Positions 37,165 through 47,107 of a DNA stretch of 64,000 nt are shown piece after piece. This DNA is from Spirochaetota bacterium (GTDB lineage: Bacteria; Spirochaetota; UBA4802; JAFGDQ01), in contig JAFGSG010000055.1 in the NCBI GenBank assembly GCA_016934735.1, forward strand, positions 2,111 through 66,110, written 5' to 3'. Every line of letters starts with the position of its first letter. Position 1 is the first letter of the stretch. The position numbers and the translations under genes are program-made. Under the pieces are notes generated by a model that saw only the letters and a list, made by a program, of their open reading frames with translations, was not told where the DNA came from and did no database searches.

Positions 37165-38694
37165 ATGAACGAAGTCATTAAAAAATCAATGCCTTTAGGT
37201 GCTTTAATGAATAACATTAAATGCGGCATTAAAATCGTTTCCGGCAATATTGATAAGGAGATCGCATCGGTCGAATATGATTCAAGAAAAGTGAATGATA
37301 AAGCATTATTTATCGCAGTTCCCGGCTTTGTGACTGACGGGCATTTGTATGTAAAGGATGCAGTAGAAAAAGGCGCCGGTGCTGTGTTGGTCTCGGATTC
37401 AAAAGCAGGCGAGTTTAAAGATTCTATAACTAACGGAACAGTTGTTCTGGCTGCGTCTGATACAAGAAGGGCTTTGTCCGCGTTTTCAGCGGCGGTTTTC
37501 GGCAATCCGACATCCAAAGCACCGGTCATAGGCATTACCGGAACGAACGGAAAAACGTCCATTACTTACATGATAGAGGCTGTATTAAGGGATTTCGGGA
37601 TGAGGCCGGGCGTTGTAGGTACTGTGAACTACAGATGGAAAGATAAAGTCGTCAGTGCGCCTAATACGACTCCGGAATCAAGAGATCTGCAGGAGATATT
37701 CGCGAATATGATTGCGGATGGTGTGAATGTAATCGTTATGGAAGTCTCTTCGCATGCGCTGAAATTATTCAGGGTTGAGGATATTGATTTTAATATAGCG
37801 GCATTCACAAATCTGACAAGGGATCACCTGGATTTTCATAAATCATTTGAAGATTATTTTAATTCAAAAAAGAAACTTTTTCAGTTGCTTGGAAAGAGTA
37901 TGAAAGATAATAAGGCCGGAATTGTGAATATTGATGATTTTTACGGCAGAAAAATATGTGAGAGCACGGAATTCGGTTATCCGGTTTTAGGGTTCGGCAT
38001 TGATAAGAGTGCGGAATATAAAGTGGACGAAAAAAGTATTTCGAGCTCTCTTGCCGGACTTTCTTATGCGCTGGAGAAACCTGCACGCGGTATAAATATC
38101 AGGCTTAATGTTCTTGGAAGTTTCCAGATGTATAATTCATTATGTGCCTTTGCAGTATGCCACAGGATGGGAGTGCCGGTCAGTATTATAAAAAAGGGTT
38201 TGGAAGATTTAAAGGTGATTCCCGGAAGGTTCGATTCGATAAAATCAAAAAGCGGTTTTTACGTGATTATAGATTATGCGCACACAGGCGACGCAGTGTT
38301 GAAGTTGTTAGCTTCTGCGAGAGAACTGAAACCCGATCGCATCATTACTCTGATCGGATGCGGTGGTAACCGCGACAGGACCAAGCGTCCGGTAATGGGA
38401 AAGACTGCGGTCGCAGGCTCCGACTGGGTTATCTTTACCAGCGACAATCCGCGCGACGAAGACCCTGATGAGATCATCATGGAAATTACATCGGGATTGA
38501 GCGGGACTAACTTTGAAACAATTACAGACAGGGAGAAGGCAATTAAAAAAGCCATATTTATGGCTAAAGAAAATGACCTTGTGGTGCTGGCAGGCAAAGG
38601 TCATGAGGATTATCAGATCATAAAGGGAAGGAAGACGCATTTTGACGATCATGAAATCGCGAGTAAATATATTGAAGAGCGGGAAAATAATTGA
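37165..38694 (+). CDS. murE: UDP-MurNAc-Ala-Glu--meso-DAP ligase
   Basis: DSRKV, GITGTNGKTS, MEVSSH, NLTRDHLDFH, DYAHT, DNPR and AGKGHEDYQ. Confidence 0.97.
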   Translation: MNEVIKKSMPLGALMNNIKCGIKIVSGNIDKEIASVEYDSRKVNDKALFIAVPGFVTDGHLYVKDAVEKGAGAVLVSDSKAGEFKDSITNGTVVLAASDTRRALSAFSAAVFGNPTSKAPVIGITGTNGKTSITYMIEAVLRDFGMRPGVVGTVNYRWKDKVVSAPNTTPESRDLQEIFANMIADGVNVIVMEVSSHALKLFRVEDIDFNIAAFTNLTRDHLDFHKSFEDYFNSKKKLFQLLGKSMKDNKAGIVNIDDFYGRKICESTEFGYPVLGFGIDKSAEYKVDEKSISSSLAGLSYALEKPARGINIRLNVLGSFQMYNSLCAFAVCHRMGVPVSIIKKGLEDLKVIPGRFDSIKSKSGFYVIIDYAHTGDAVLKLLASARELKPDRIITLIGCGGNRDRTKRPVMGKTAVAGSDWVIFTSDNPRDEDPDEIIMEITSGLSGTNFETITDREKAIKKAIFMAKENDLVVLAGKGHEDYQIIKGRKTHFDDHEIASKYIEERENN

Positions 38695-40079
38695 TAAATG
38701 AATTTAATACAGCGTTGTGGCAAGTAGCCGAATGGACAGGCGGTGTTCTTTTATGCGGTAGCCGCAATAAAGAGATTCATTCGATAACTACGGACTCGCG
38801 GGAGCTTGGTAAAGACAGCTTGTTTGTACCGATTGTCGGAGAAAGATTCGATGGGCATCAGTTTATTGATGGACTGGTCAGGAGCGGAGGCATAACGGCA
38901 TTTCTTACGATGAATGATAAGCATGATAAGATTGCCCGTGCGTATGGCGCGGGTGCTGTTTTATGCGACGATACATTGAAAGCATACGGGCGCATAGCAT
39001 CGCGTCACAGGTTATCGGTGAACGTAAAGGTGGTAGGGATCACCGGGACTAACGGGAAGACCACAACAAAAGAACTGCTGTGGGCAATTCTCAGCAGAAA
39101 ATATTCAGCTTTAAGGAACGAAAAAAATTACAATAACGAGATCGGTGTTCCTTACACCCTTCTCGGATTAAAGGAAGGGCACAAGTGGGCTGTAATAGAA
39201 ATGGGGATGAATCACGAAGGGGAGATCGCCAGGCTTTCGGAGATAGCTAAGCCGGACATGGCTGTTATAACAAACGTTGGTGAAGGCCATCTTGAATTTC
39301 TTGGAACCGTTGAGAACGTAGCTAATGCAAAATCGGAGATCATGAACAGCATGAAGCCCGGATCGCTTATCGTTCTGAACCGCGATTCTCAATGTTTTGA
39401 TATTCTCAGAAAGAAAACTTCCGAAGCGGGCCTAAAAGTAAAGACATTCGGATTATCCGATAGCGCTGACGTGAAACCGGATTCTTACAGTCTTTCATCG
39501 GATTTCATCTGGTATAATTATAATAATAAGGAGTTTACAGTATCGCTGTATGGCATTCATAACATATACAACGCACTTGCCGCAATGGCAGCCGCACTTG
39601 AACTGGGCGTTGAGGCAAATATCATACAGGAAGCTTTTAAAGAATTTAAAAATATTGACATGAGAAGCCAGGTTGTCTATCGGGACTATACCGTTATAAA
39701 CGATACATATAATTCAAATCCGCTCTCAGCAGGATACGCGCTTAAGTCTCTTATTGAAATTTTCTCAGGTAAAAGAAAGATTGCGGTTCTTTCGGATATG
39801 AAGGAACTCGGCGGTTCTTCGGAAAACTATCACAGGGAGTTGGGAAACCTTGCGGTCTCATTGGGCATTGACGTGCTTTTAACATGGGGAGAGATGGCCG
39901 AGAACATTGCTCTCGGGGCAAAAGAAGGCGGAATGAAAAACGGAGATGCCCTGCATTTTAAAACAAAATCCGGCTTGATCGATCATGCGAGAAAAATTTT
40001 ACGCCCCGATGATGTAATTCTTGTGAAAGGGTCAAGATCTATGAAAATGGAGGAGATAGTGGAAGCGATAATCCACTGA
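38691..40079 (+). CDS. murF: UDP-MurNAc-tripeptide--D-Ala-D-Ala ligase
   Basis: GTNGKTTTKE, NYNNEIGVP, EMGMNH, NDTYNSNP and VKGSR. Confidence 0.97.
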   Translation: MINEFNTALWQVAEWTGGVLLCGSRNKEIHSITTDSRELGKDSLFVPIVGERFDGHQFIDGLVRSGGITAFLTMNDKHDKIARAYGAGAVLCDDTLKAYGRIASRHRLSVNVKVVGITGTNGKTTTKELLWAILSRKYSALRNEKNYNNEIGVPYTLLGLKEGHKWAVIEMGMNHEGEIARLSEIAKPDMAVITNVGEGHLEFLGTVENVANAKSEIMNSMKPGSLIVLNRDSQCFDILRKKTSEAGLKVKTFGLSDSADVKPDSYSLSSDFIWYNYNNKEFTVSLYGIHNIYNALAAMAAALELGVEANIIQEAFKEFKNIDMRSQVVYRDYTVINDTYNSNPLSAGYALKSLIEIFSGKRKIAVLSDMKELGGSSENYHRELGNLAVSLGIDVLLTWGEMAENIALGAKEGGMKNGDALHFKTKSGLIDHARKILRPDDVILVKGSRSMKMEEIVEAIIH

Positions 40080-40084
40080 AATTT

Positions 40085-41170
40085 ATGCTATATCATTTTA
40101 TTGCGCCGTTAAGCGAATATGTTTCATTTTTAAGATTGTTCCAGTACATCACTTTCAGATCCATGTACGCGGCTATTACTGCTCTTGTGCTTGTTTTATT
40201 ATTAGGCAATATGGCAATAAAACGGCTCAGGGCTTTAAAGTTCAAGGAAGAAATTTATGCACTTGGCCCGCAGACACATAAAACAAAAGCAGGTACTCCT
40301 ACAATGGGCGGTGTTGTAATTCTGGGAGCTGTTCTTGTATCCATTTTGTTCTGGGGAAATTTTAAAAATCATTATCTGGTGATTCTTATTTGCGCAATGA
40401 TTCTTCTCGGCATTCTCGGATTTATTGATGATTATATGAAGTCGGTTCTTAAAAGAAAGAACGGGATGCCTGCAAAGATGAAGTTTACTCTCCAAATAAT
40501 CATTGCCGTTGTAGTTTCTGTTTTAATTTATTTTTTTCCATCGAGCGAGCAGTATTCAACAAAACTTTTTGTACCGTTTTTTAATAGACCTGTAGCGGAT
40601 CTCGCACTTTTCTGGATCGTATTCTCGACTTTCGTAATTGTTGCAAGCACAAATGCTGTTAATCTTACAGACGGGCTTGACGGGCTTGCTATCGGATCGA
40701 TAATGATTGCCGCTGTTAGTATTGCGATTATGACTTATCTGACAGGGAATATAAAAATTGCAAATTATTTAAGGATTCCATATGTGCCTGCGGGTGCCGA
40801 ATTGACGGTTTTTGTGTCTGCAATTATAGGCGCTGCAATCGGATTTCTGTGGTTTAACAGCAATCCTGCATCGGTGTTTATGGGCGATACAGGTTCGCTC
40901 GCTCTCGGGGGAGTTATTGGTATTATAGCTGTGATGATCAAGAAAGAGATATTTTTATTTATCGTCGGAGGGGTCTGGGTAATGGAAACTATCTCGGTCA
41001 TTATTCAGGTAATGTATTTTAAGTTTACCAGGAAAAGAATTTTTAAAATGGCTCCGCTGCATCATCATTTTGAGCTTGAGGGCTGGCCTGAACAGAAAGT
41101 CGTTGTAAGGATGTGGATACTCGGAATTATTTTTATGATACTGGGTTTAAGTTCGCTGAAGATATTGTAA
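40085..41170 (+). CDS. mraY: Phospho-N-acetylmuramoyl-pentapeptide transferase
   Basis: GTPTMGG, NAVNLTDGLDGL, FMGDTGS and APLHHHFE. Confidence 0.98.
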   Translation: MLYHFIAPLSEYVSFLRLFQYITFRSMYAAITALVLVLLLGNMAIKRLRALKFKEEIYALGPQTHKTKAGTPTMGGVVILGAVLVSILFWGNFKNHYLVILICAMILLGILGFIDDYMKSVLKRKNGMPAKMKFTLQIIIAVVVSVLIYFFPSSEQYSTKLFVPFFNRPVADLALFWIVFSTFVIVASTNAVNLTDGLDGLAIGSIMIAAVSIAIMTYLTGNIKIANYLRIPYVPAGAELTVFVSAIIGAAIGFLWFNSNPASVFMGDTGSLALGGVIGIIAVMIKKEIFLFIVGGVWVMETISVIIQVMYFKFTRKRIFKMAPLHHHFELEGWPEQKVVVRMWILGIIFMILGLSSLKIL

Positions 41171-41216
41171 CCTCACCGCAATCCCTACACCGGCAGGAGA
41201 GGGGCGGATGAGGTTA
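41168..41216. repeat. GC-rich palindromic intergenic repeat (CCCT..AGGG family)
   Basis: TAACCTCACCGC...GCGGATGAGGTTA hairpin. Similar motifs at 42637-42678 and 48344-48424. Confidence 0.55.
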
Positions 41217-41262
41217 GAGATTTCATAACTATAAAGATTTTCAATTTATAAAGGTAGTATTT

Positions 41263-42633
41263 GTGTTAGAATTATCTAAAAACAGTAAAATACTTGTCGT
41301 AGGCCTTGGGAAAAGGTCCGGCCTTGCAGTGTGCAATTTTCTTTCGAAGAAGGGATATAAGGTGTATGCTTCGGATTCGAAGTCTGATGAAAAATTGAAG
41401 GATATTATCAAACAGCTGACAGGCGATGTTAAAGTCTTTGCCGGCAATCAGGACCCGTCAATATTGAGGGAAGGCTTTGATATGGTTGTGCTAAGCCCGG
41501 GGGTGCCGAAAAGCATTCCTTTAATAAAAGCAGCTTATGAAAAAAATATACCGGTTATTGCCGAGGTTGAGCTTGCATACAGATTTATGAAAGGCTTCAT
41601 GGTTGCTATTACGGGCACTGACGGCAAATCCACGACAACGAGCCTTGTCGGACATATTCTGAGCGAACTTGGTATTAAGACATTCACTGGCGGGAATCTT
41701 GGGATTCCGTTTATTACGTTTACAGAGGAAACCGACGAACATTCCGTATCTGTATTAGAGCTCTCTTCTTTCCAGCTCGAAACCATTGATAAACTCAAAC
41801 CGGATGTATCCGCTGTCCTTAATGTAACTCCGGATCATCTTGATCGGTATGATGACATGAGAGATTATCTTCGAGCTAAATTAAGAATAGCAATGAATCA
41901 GGCTCCGAATGATTTTTATATTTACAGAAAAGATGATAAAATGCTCACTCAAAACCTGAATGATATTAAGGCTAAAAAATTTTCCTTTTCCATGAAACGG
42001 GATTCTGATGCATTCTATCAGGATGGTTCAATTTTTATCAGATATGATGGCAGTGAAACAGAAGTGCTGGATACCTCCGAAATGCAGATTTTAGGCATGC
42101 ATAATATTGAAAATACAATGGCAGCTTTGCTTATAATTTTTGCGGTTTTCAAGAAAAACGGTATGTCTGTTGACTGGAAGCGAATTACAGAAGCTTGTCT
42201 TTCGTTTAAAGGCCTGGCGCACAGAATGGAAATGATTGGAACGTTTAACGGACGGACTTTTATAAATGATTCAAAAGCGACTACCGTAAGTGCAGTTGAA
42301 ATGGCGCTTAATAGTGTTCCTTACGGCAGTATTCTGATAATGGGCGGAAGGACAAAAGGTGATGATTATTCCCGCTTAACGCGTGCGATTAAAGAAAAAA
42401 TTAAACATTTAATCCTGATCGGGGAATCAGCGAATGATTTTAAGAAATATTATAAGAATGTGCCAAGCGAGGTTGCAAAATCAATGGATGATGCTGTACG
42501 AAAAGCGGTAAAAGCCAGCTCAATAGATGATGTAATTCTGTTGTCACCGGCGTGCGCGTCATTCGATATGTTTGCCAACTTTGAAGAAAGGGGCGAAAGG
42601 TTCAAAGAGGCGGTTTTAAAACTAGTTAAATAG
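41263..42633 (+). CDS. murD: UDP-MurNAc-L-Ala--D-Glu ligase
   Basis: SPGVP, ITGTDGKSTT, ELSSFQL, DHLDRY, NDSKAT and LSPACASFDMF. Confidence 0.97.
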   Translation: MLELSKNSKILVVGLGKRSGLAVCNFLSKKGYKVYASDSKSDEKLKDIIKQLTGDVKVFAGNQDPSILREGFDMVVLSPGVPKSIPLIKAAYEKNIPVIAEVELAYRFMKGFMVAITGTDGKSTTTSLVGHILSELGIKTFTGGNLGIPFITFTEETDEHSVSVLELSSFQLETIDKLKPDVSAVLNVTPDHLDRYDDMRDYLRAKLRIAMNQAPNDFYIYRKDDKMLTQNLNDIKAKKFSFSMKRDSDAFYQDGSIFIRYDGSETEVLDTSEMQILGMHNIENTMAALLIIFAVFKKNGMSVDWKRITEACLSFKGLAHRMEMIGTFNGRTFINDSKATTVSAVEMALNSVPYGSILIMGGRTKGDDYSRLTRAIKEKIKHLILIGESANDFKKYYKNVPSEVAKSMDDAVRKAVKASSIDDVILLSPACASFDMFANFEERGERFKEAVLKLVK

Positions 42634-42688
42634 TTTTTATTCCCTTCTCCTGCAGGGAGGAACTGAACAAGGGAGTAAGAAAGTATGC

Positions 42689-43870
42689 TTGAAAAGGAGA
42701 GCAATTTTGGATTTTAAATATCAATCAAATAATAAAAATGGCGAGATTGATACAATTCTATTCATTACAATATTTATTTTAGCAGGTATTGGCATAGCTA
42801 TGATTTACAGCGCGAGTGCAGTCTATGCATTGAATACATTCGGGGATTCATTTTATTTTTTTAAAAGACAGGTCGCGTGGGTATGCATTGGATTTGCCGC
42901 GCTCTTTATTTTTCAAAATATAGATTATCATATTTATACTAAATATACAAAGATAATGCTTTTAGTATCTTTTTTATTGCTTGTACTTTTGCTTATACCG
43001 GGTATAGGCCATGGGACAAAGGGATCTGTGAGATGGTTCAGGATCGGAGAAATTACTATCCAGCCGTCTGAGTTTGTAAAAGTTTTTATGGTGCTTTATC
43101 TCGTAAAGGTATTTGCATCCGGCAGCGGCGAGAAAATAAACAGGATTCTACAGCTATTGATACCGATGATAGTTGTATTTGCCATTTTTTTGCTGATCAT
43201 GCTTCAGCCGGATTTCGGCACAGCAATAGATTTACTGCTGGTTTTCGGAGTGATTCTTTTTGTTTTCGGATTCCCTTTCTTTTCGATTCTTTATCTTTCG
43301 TTAATTAGCGTACCGATGTTTTATCTGCTTATTTATCAGGTACAGTACAGAAAAGAAAGAATACTCGCGTATCTTGATCCATGGAAAGAACGCTTCGGGG
43401 CCGGTTATCATATAATTCAGTCATATATAGCTTTTAAGAAAGGCGGGCTGCTAGGAACCGGCCTGGGATTCGGGACTCAGAAAATTAAGAGGCTTCCGGA
43501 GCCGCACACGGATTTTATTTTTGCTGTAATTGCAGAGGAAAGCGGTTATCTCGGTACCGCACTCATACTTATTTTATATTGCGTTTTATTCTGGCGTGGA
43601 ATGATAATTTCTTTAAGCGCAAGGGATGAATTCGGTTCTCTTCTTGCCATCGGGCTGACAATACTGATTACTGTTCAGGCGTTTATGAATATTGGTGTTG
43701 TGTGCGGAATTCTACCGACTAAAGGCATACCTCTGCCGCTTGTGAGTTACGGAGGTTCATCTTTTTTATCATGCATGATCGCACTTGGTATTCTGCTCAA
43801 TATTTCTAAGCAGACAGACCAGTTACAGAGTACTTTCCGGTTAAGGGATGGTGAATTTATAAATGGATAA
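42689..43870 (+). CDS. ftsW: Peptidoglycan polymerase FtsW (start uncertain)
   Basis: YSAS, QPSEF.K, QPDFG, LPEPHTDFIFA and SYGGSS. Confidence 0.95.
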   Translation: MKRRAILDFKYQSNNKNGEIDTILFITIFILAGIGIAMIYSASAVYALNTFGDSFYFFKRQVAWVCIGFAALFIFQNIDYHIYTKYTKIMLLVSFLLLVLLLIPGIGHGTKGSVRWFRIGEITIQPSEFVKVFMVLYLVKVFASGSGEKINRILQLLIPMIVVFAIFLLIMLQPDFGTAIDLLLVFGVILFVFGFPFFSILYLSLISVPMFYLLIYQVQYRKERILAYLDPWKERFGAGYHIIQSYIAFKKGGLLGTGLGFGTQKIKRLPEPHTDFIFAVIAEESGYLGTALILILYCVLFWRGMIISLSARDEFGSLLAIGLTILITVQAFMNIGVVCGILPTKGIPLPLVSYGGSSFLSCMIALGILLNISKQTDQLQSTFRLRDGEFING

Positions 43871-44981
43871 TTTTTCAGTATTAATAACAGGCGGCGGGAC
43901 AGGAGGCCATATATTTCCGGGAATATCATTATATGAGGAATTCAAATTAAGAAAAATACAGGTATCATTGTTAGTAGGGAAAAAAGACATTAACTTTTCC
44001 CCGCTTTCAAAAATTAATAAAAATGATCTTCATGTTTACGGCGCTCCGGTTTTCACAATTAATATTTTTAAAATGCCGTTTTTCATGATTAATTTTTTAA
44101 AAGCGGTATTTAAGGCGGCAATGTTATTTAAAAGATTAAAGATTGATTCAGTAATCGGCATGGGCGGATATGTTTCCGCGCCTGCGCTTGCAGCAGCTGG
44201 AATTCTTAAGATACCGGTATTCCTGTGTGAGCAGAATAGCGTCCCCGGGAAAGTGACTCTGTTTTTTGCAGGAAAAGCAAAAAAAATTTTTACAAGTTTT
44301 AATATAACAAAGGTTTATTTTAAAGATGCTTTGAAATCCAAAGTGACTCATGCCGGTAATCCGATAAGAAAAGTAATATTGACAAAAGCCGGAAAGGAAG
44401 AGGCAAAGAAGTATTTCCATTTAGGTCATTGTAAAAATATTATTCTTGTTATCGGAGGCAGCCAGGGCGCTCTTCAGATAAATGAGCTTTTTCTTGAAAT
44501 TAAAAAGATGTACTCTAATGAATTGAAAGATACCGGAGTGATCTGGATCACGGGAGAATATTCTTATAAAAAATTTAAAGATGAATTAGGCAAGCTGGGA
44601 ACAGACGGCTCTGTTTATTTATCTCCTTTTATTGATGATATAGGTCGGGCATACAAGGCAAGCACTTTGGCGATAAGCAGGTCCGGTGCCGGCGGTGTGC
44701 TTGAATTTGCGTCAGTTGGTTTGCCGTCGGTATTGATCCCGTATCCGTATGCTGCGGATAATCATCAGGAGAAAAACGCCGATGCTTTTGAACTTGCCGG
44801 TGCTTCGGTGAAGATTCGTAAAGACGAAGCTGAGCCTGAGAAGCTTGGGGAAATTATCATTGATCTTCTCAGCAATGTGAACCAGCTTTCCCGGATGGCT
44901 GAGAAAGCAAAATCACTCGCAAAAATCAATGCGGCAAGGGATATTGTTGAGGCAGTTGCAAGGGAAATGAAAGAAAAATAA
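43863..44981 (+). CDS. murG: Undecaprenyl-PP-MurNAc-pentapeptide GlcNAc transferase
   Basis: GGGTGGHIFPG, EQN, GNPIR, GGSQGA and HQEKNA. Confidence 0.97.
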   Translation: MDNFSVLITGGGTGGHIFPGISLYEEFKLRKIQVSLLVGKKDINFSPLSKINKNDLHVYGAPVFTINIFKMPFFMINFLKAVFKAAMLFKRLKIDSVIGMGGYVSAPALAAAGILKIPVFLCEQNSVPGKVTLFFAGKAKKIFTSFNITKVYFKDALKSKVTHAGNPIRKVILTKAGKEEAKKYFHLGHCKNIILVIGGSQGALQINELFLEIKKMYSNELKDTGVIWITGEYSYKKFKDELGKLGTDGSVYLSPFIDDIGRAYKASTLAISRSGAGGVLEFASVGLPSVLIPYPYAADNHQEKNADAFELAGASVKIRKDEAEPEKLGEIIIDLLSNVNQLSRMAEKAKSLAKINAARDIVEAVAREMKEK

Positions 44982-46367
44982 TTGTTTCAGGAGTTGGATT
45001 TGTTTAGGAAATCTGATAAAATGCACTTTCTGGGTATAGGCGGGATCGGCATGAGCGGAATTGCCGAGATACTAATAAATCTGGGCTATAAGGTTTCCGG
45101 GTCGGACATTAAAGAATCATACATAACAAAGAGACTCGCTTCGCTCGGTGCAAAGATATTTATAGGCCATAATCCTTCTAATATAAATGATTACAATGTT
45201 GTTGTAACATCGAGCGCAATAAATCCGGCAAATCCGGAGATTATGGAAGCGAAGAAAAGACGAATACCGATAATACACAGATCGGAAATGCTTGCGGAAC
45301 TTGTGAGATTAAAGCACGGGATCGGGGTCGCGGGCACGCATGGAAAGACTACAACATCATCAATGCTTTCATTTATCCTTTATCGCGGAGGAATAAATCC
45401 TACCGCAATTATAGGCGGCAAGGTATTGAATTTTGATTCTAATGCCAGAGCCGGGCAGGGCGAGTATATTGTTTTCGAAGCCGATGAATCCGACGGATCT
45501 TTCCTGCGCCTTCTGCCTACTATTGCTGTTGTAACCAATATAGATGCGGATCACATGGACTATTATAAATATTTTGATGGCTTGAAAGATGCTTTTTTAA
45601 AATACATAAACAATATTCCGTTTTACGGATATTCCGTGTTATGCAGGGATGACAATGTTGTGGCTGAACTGCTTCCGAAGGTTGAAAGGCCGTATGTAAC
45701 TTACGGATTTTCGGAGAATGCGGATTTTAGAGCCGGTAATATCAGGTGTTTTCCGGATATGACCGTCTATGATTGTTATTTTAAAAATGATCTGCTTGGG
45801 GAGATAGAGATAGGACTGCTCGGCAATCATAATGTCCTGAATTCACTTGCAGTGATTACTGTTGCTTTGGAACTTGGGCTTAATTTCGGTGTGATAAAGG
45901 ACGGACTGAAGGAGTTCAAGGGAGTAGGCAGGAGGATTGAAAGGATAGGCGAAGAGAAAGGCATAATCATAATTGATGATTACGGTCATCATCCGACTGA
46001 AATAAAGGCGACCTTGCAGGCAATAAAAAACATGGGCAGAAGAATGATCGTGCTGTTCCAGCCGCACAGGTATACGAGAACTCAACTGTTATGGGACGAT
46101 TTCGGCACAGCATTCGGCAATGCGGATATTGTTATGCTGACTGAAATATATCCGGCGGGAGAAGAACCTATCGAAGGTGTTTCATCAAAACTGATCAAGG
46201 ACTCAATCGAGAAGCACGACGGTAAAAGAGTTGAGATAATAGCGGGGATTGATAAGATCCCGGATTTGATTTTAAAGATCGCCAGAAAAGGAGATATCGT
46301 CCTTACTCTCGGCGCAGGCGATATTTTCAAAGCAGGCCCGATGATACTAGAAGCACTGAGAAAGTGA
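44982..46367 (+). CDS. murC: UDP-N-acetylmuramate--L-alanine ligase
   Basis: GIGGIGMSG, GTHGKTTT, EADESDGSF, DDYGHHPTE and FQPHRYTRT. Confidence 0.98.
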   Translation: MFQELDLFRKSDKMHFLGIGGIGMSGIAEILINLGYKVSGSDIKESYITKRLASLGAKIFIGHNPSNINDYNVVVTSSAINPANPEIMEAKKRRIPIIHRSEMLAELVRLKHGIGVAGTHGKTTTSSMLSFILYRGGINPTAIIGGKVLNFDSNARAGQGEYIVFEADESDGSFLRLLPTIAVVTNIDADHMDYYKYFDGLKDAFLKYINNIPFYGYSVLCRDDNVVAELLPKVERPYVTYGFSENADFRAGNIRCFPDMTVYDCYFKNDLLGEIEIGLLGNHNVLNSLAVITVALELGLNFGVIKDGLKEFKGVGRRIERIGEEKGIIIIDDYGHHPTEIKATLQAIKNMGRRMIVLFQPHRYTRTQLLWDDFGTAFGNADIVMLTEIYPAGEEPIEGVSSKLIKDSIEKHDGKRVEIIAGIDKIPDLILKIARKGDIVLTLGAGDIFKAGPMILEALRK

Positions 46368-46398
46368 AGTTTTATTATTATCCTGATATTGGTTTAAA

Positions 46399-47088
46399 AT
46401 GAGAAAAATTTATTACATAATAATTTTACTTGCGTTATCTATCTCGACAGCATACGCAGGGAAAGATTTTAAAATATATAAATCAATTGAATTTAAAGAT
46501 CTTAATTATCTTTCTAAATATGAAATTATTGATTTAACGGATTTTACTGTTAAAGAAAAAAAAATAATAATTGATATCAATTCGCTTATAAGAGTTTTAA
46601 ACGATTTGCCTATGGTAAAGTCGTTTAAATTAACTGAAATAGATCAAAGCCTTTTAGTAACTATTGTTGAAAATCAGCCGGTGTTTCCGCTTTGTGTCAG
46701 AGAAGGCGGCAATAACCTGCTTATTGAGCTGGATAAAGATTATAATTTAATTTCCGTTGGCAGGATTCATGCGATAAATATGCCGATAATTATTATATCG
46801 CAAGAGGAAATGAGAAACAGGATACTATCCGCAGGATTAAAAAAGTTTCTGGGTTTATTATCTGATTTAAACAAGGACGGTTTAAGAGTAATAAGAGAGA
46901 TCAGAGAGATTGATTATATAAATAATTTAAATATAAATATTCTGCTAAAAGGCAGGAGGACTGTTTTTAATATTAAGCCGGATACGGACAGCTTTAATAA
47001 ATTAAATTACGCAGCCGGTTATTTTGACAGGATAAAATATTATCCTCACACTTTTACTATACTAAACGATTCTGGTATATTAAAGTGA
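46399..47088 (+). CDS. ftsQ: Divergent FtsQ/DivIB-like protein
   Basis: Lies between murC and ftsA. N-terminal hydrophobic segment and a POTRA-like region (LNDLPMVKS...LLVTIVE). Confidence 0.55.
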   Translation: MRKIYYIIILLALSISTAYAGKDFKIYKSIEFKDLNYLSKYEIIDLTDFTVKEKKIIIDINSLIRVLNDLPMVKSFKLTEIDQSLLVTIVENQPVFPLCVREGGNNLLIELDKDYNLISVGRIHAINMPIIIISQEEMRNRILSAGLKKFLGLLSDLNKDGLRVIREIREIDYINNLNINILLKGRRTVFNIKPDTDSFNKLNYAAGYFDRIKYYPHTFTILNDSGILK

Positions 47089-47107
47089 AAATTAGAGGAG
47101 AATCTTT

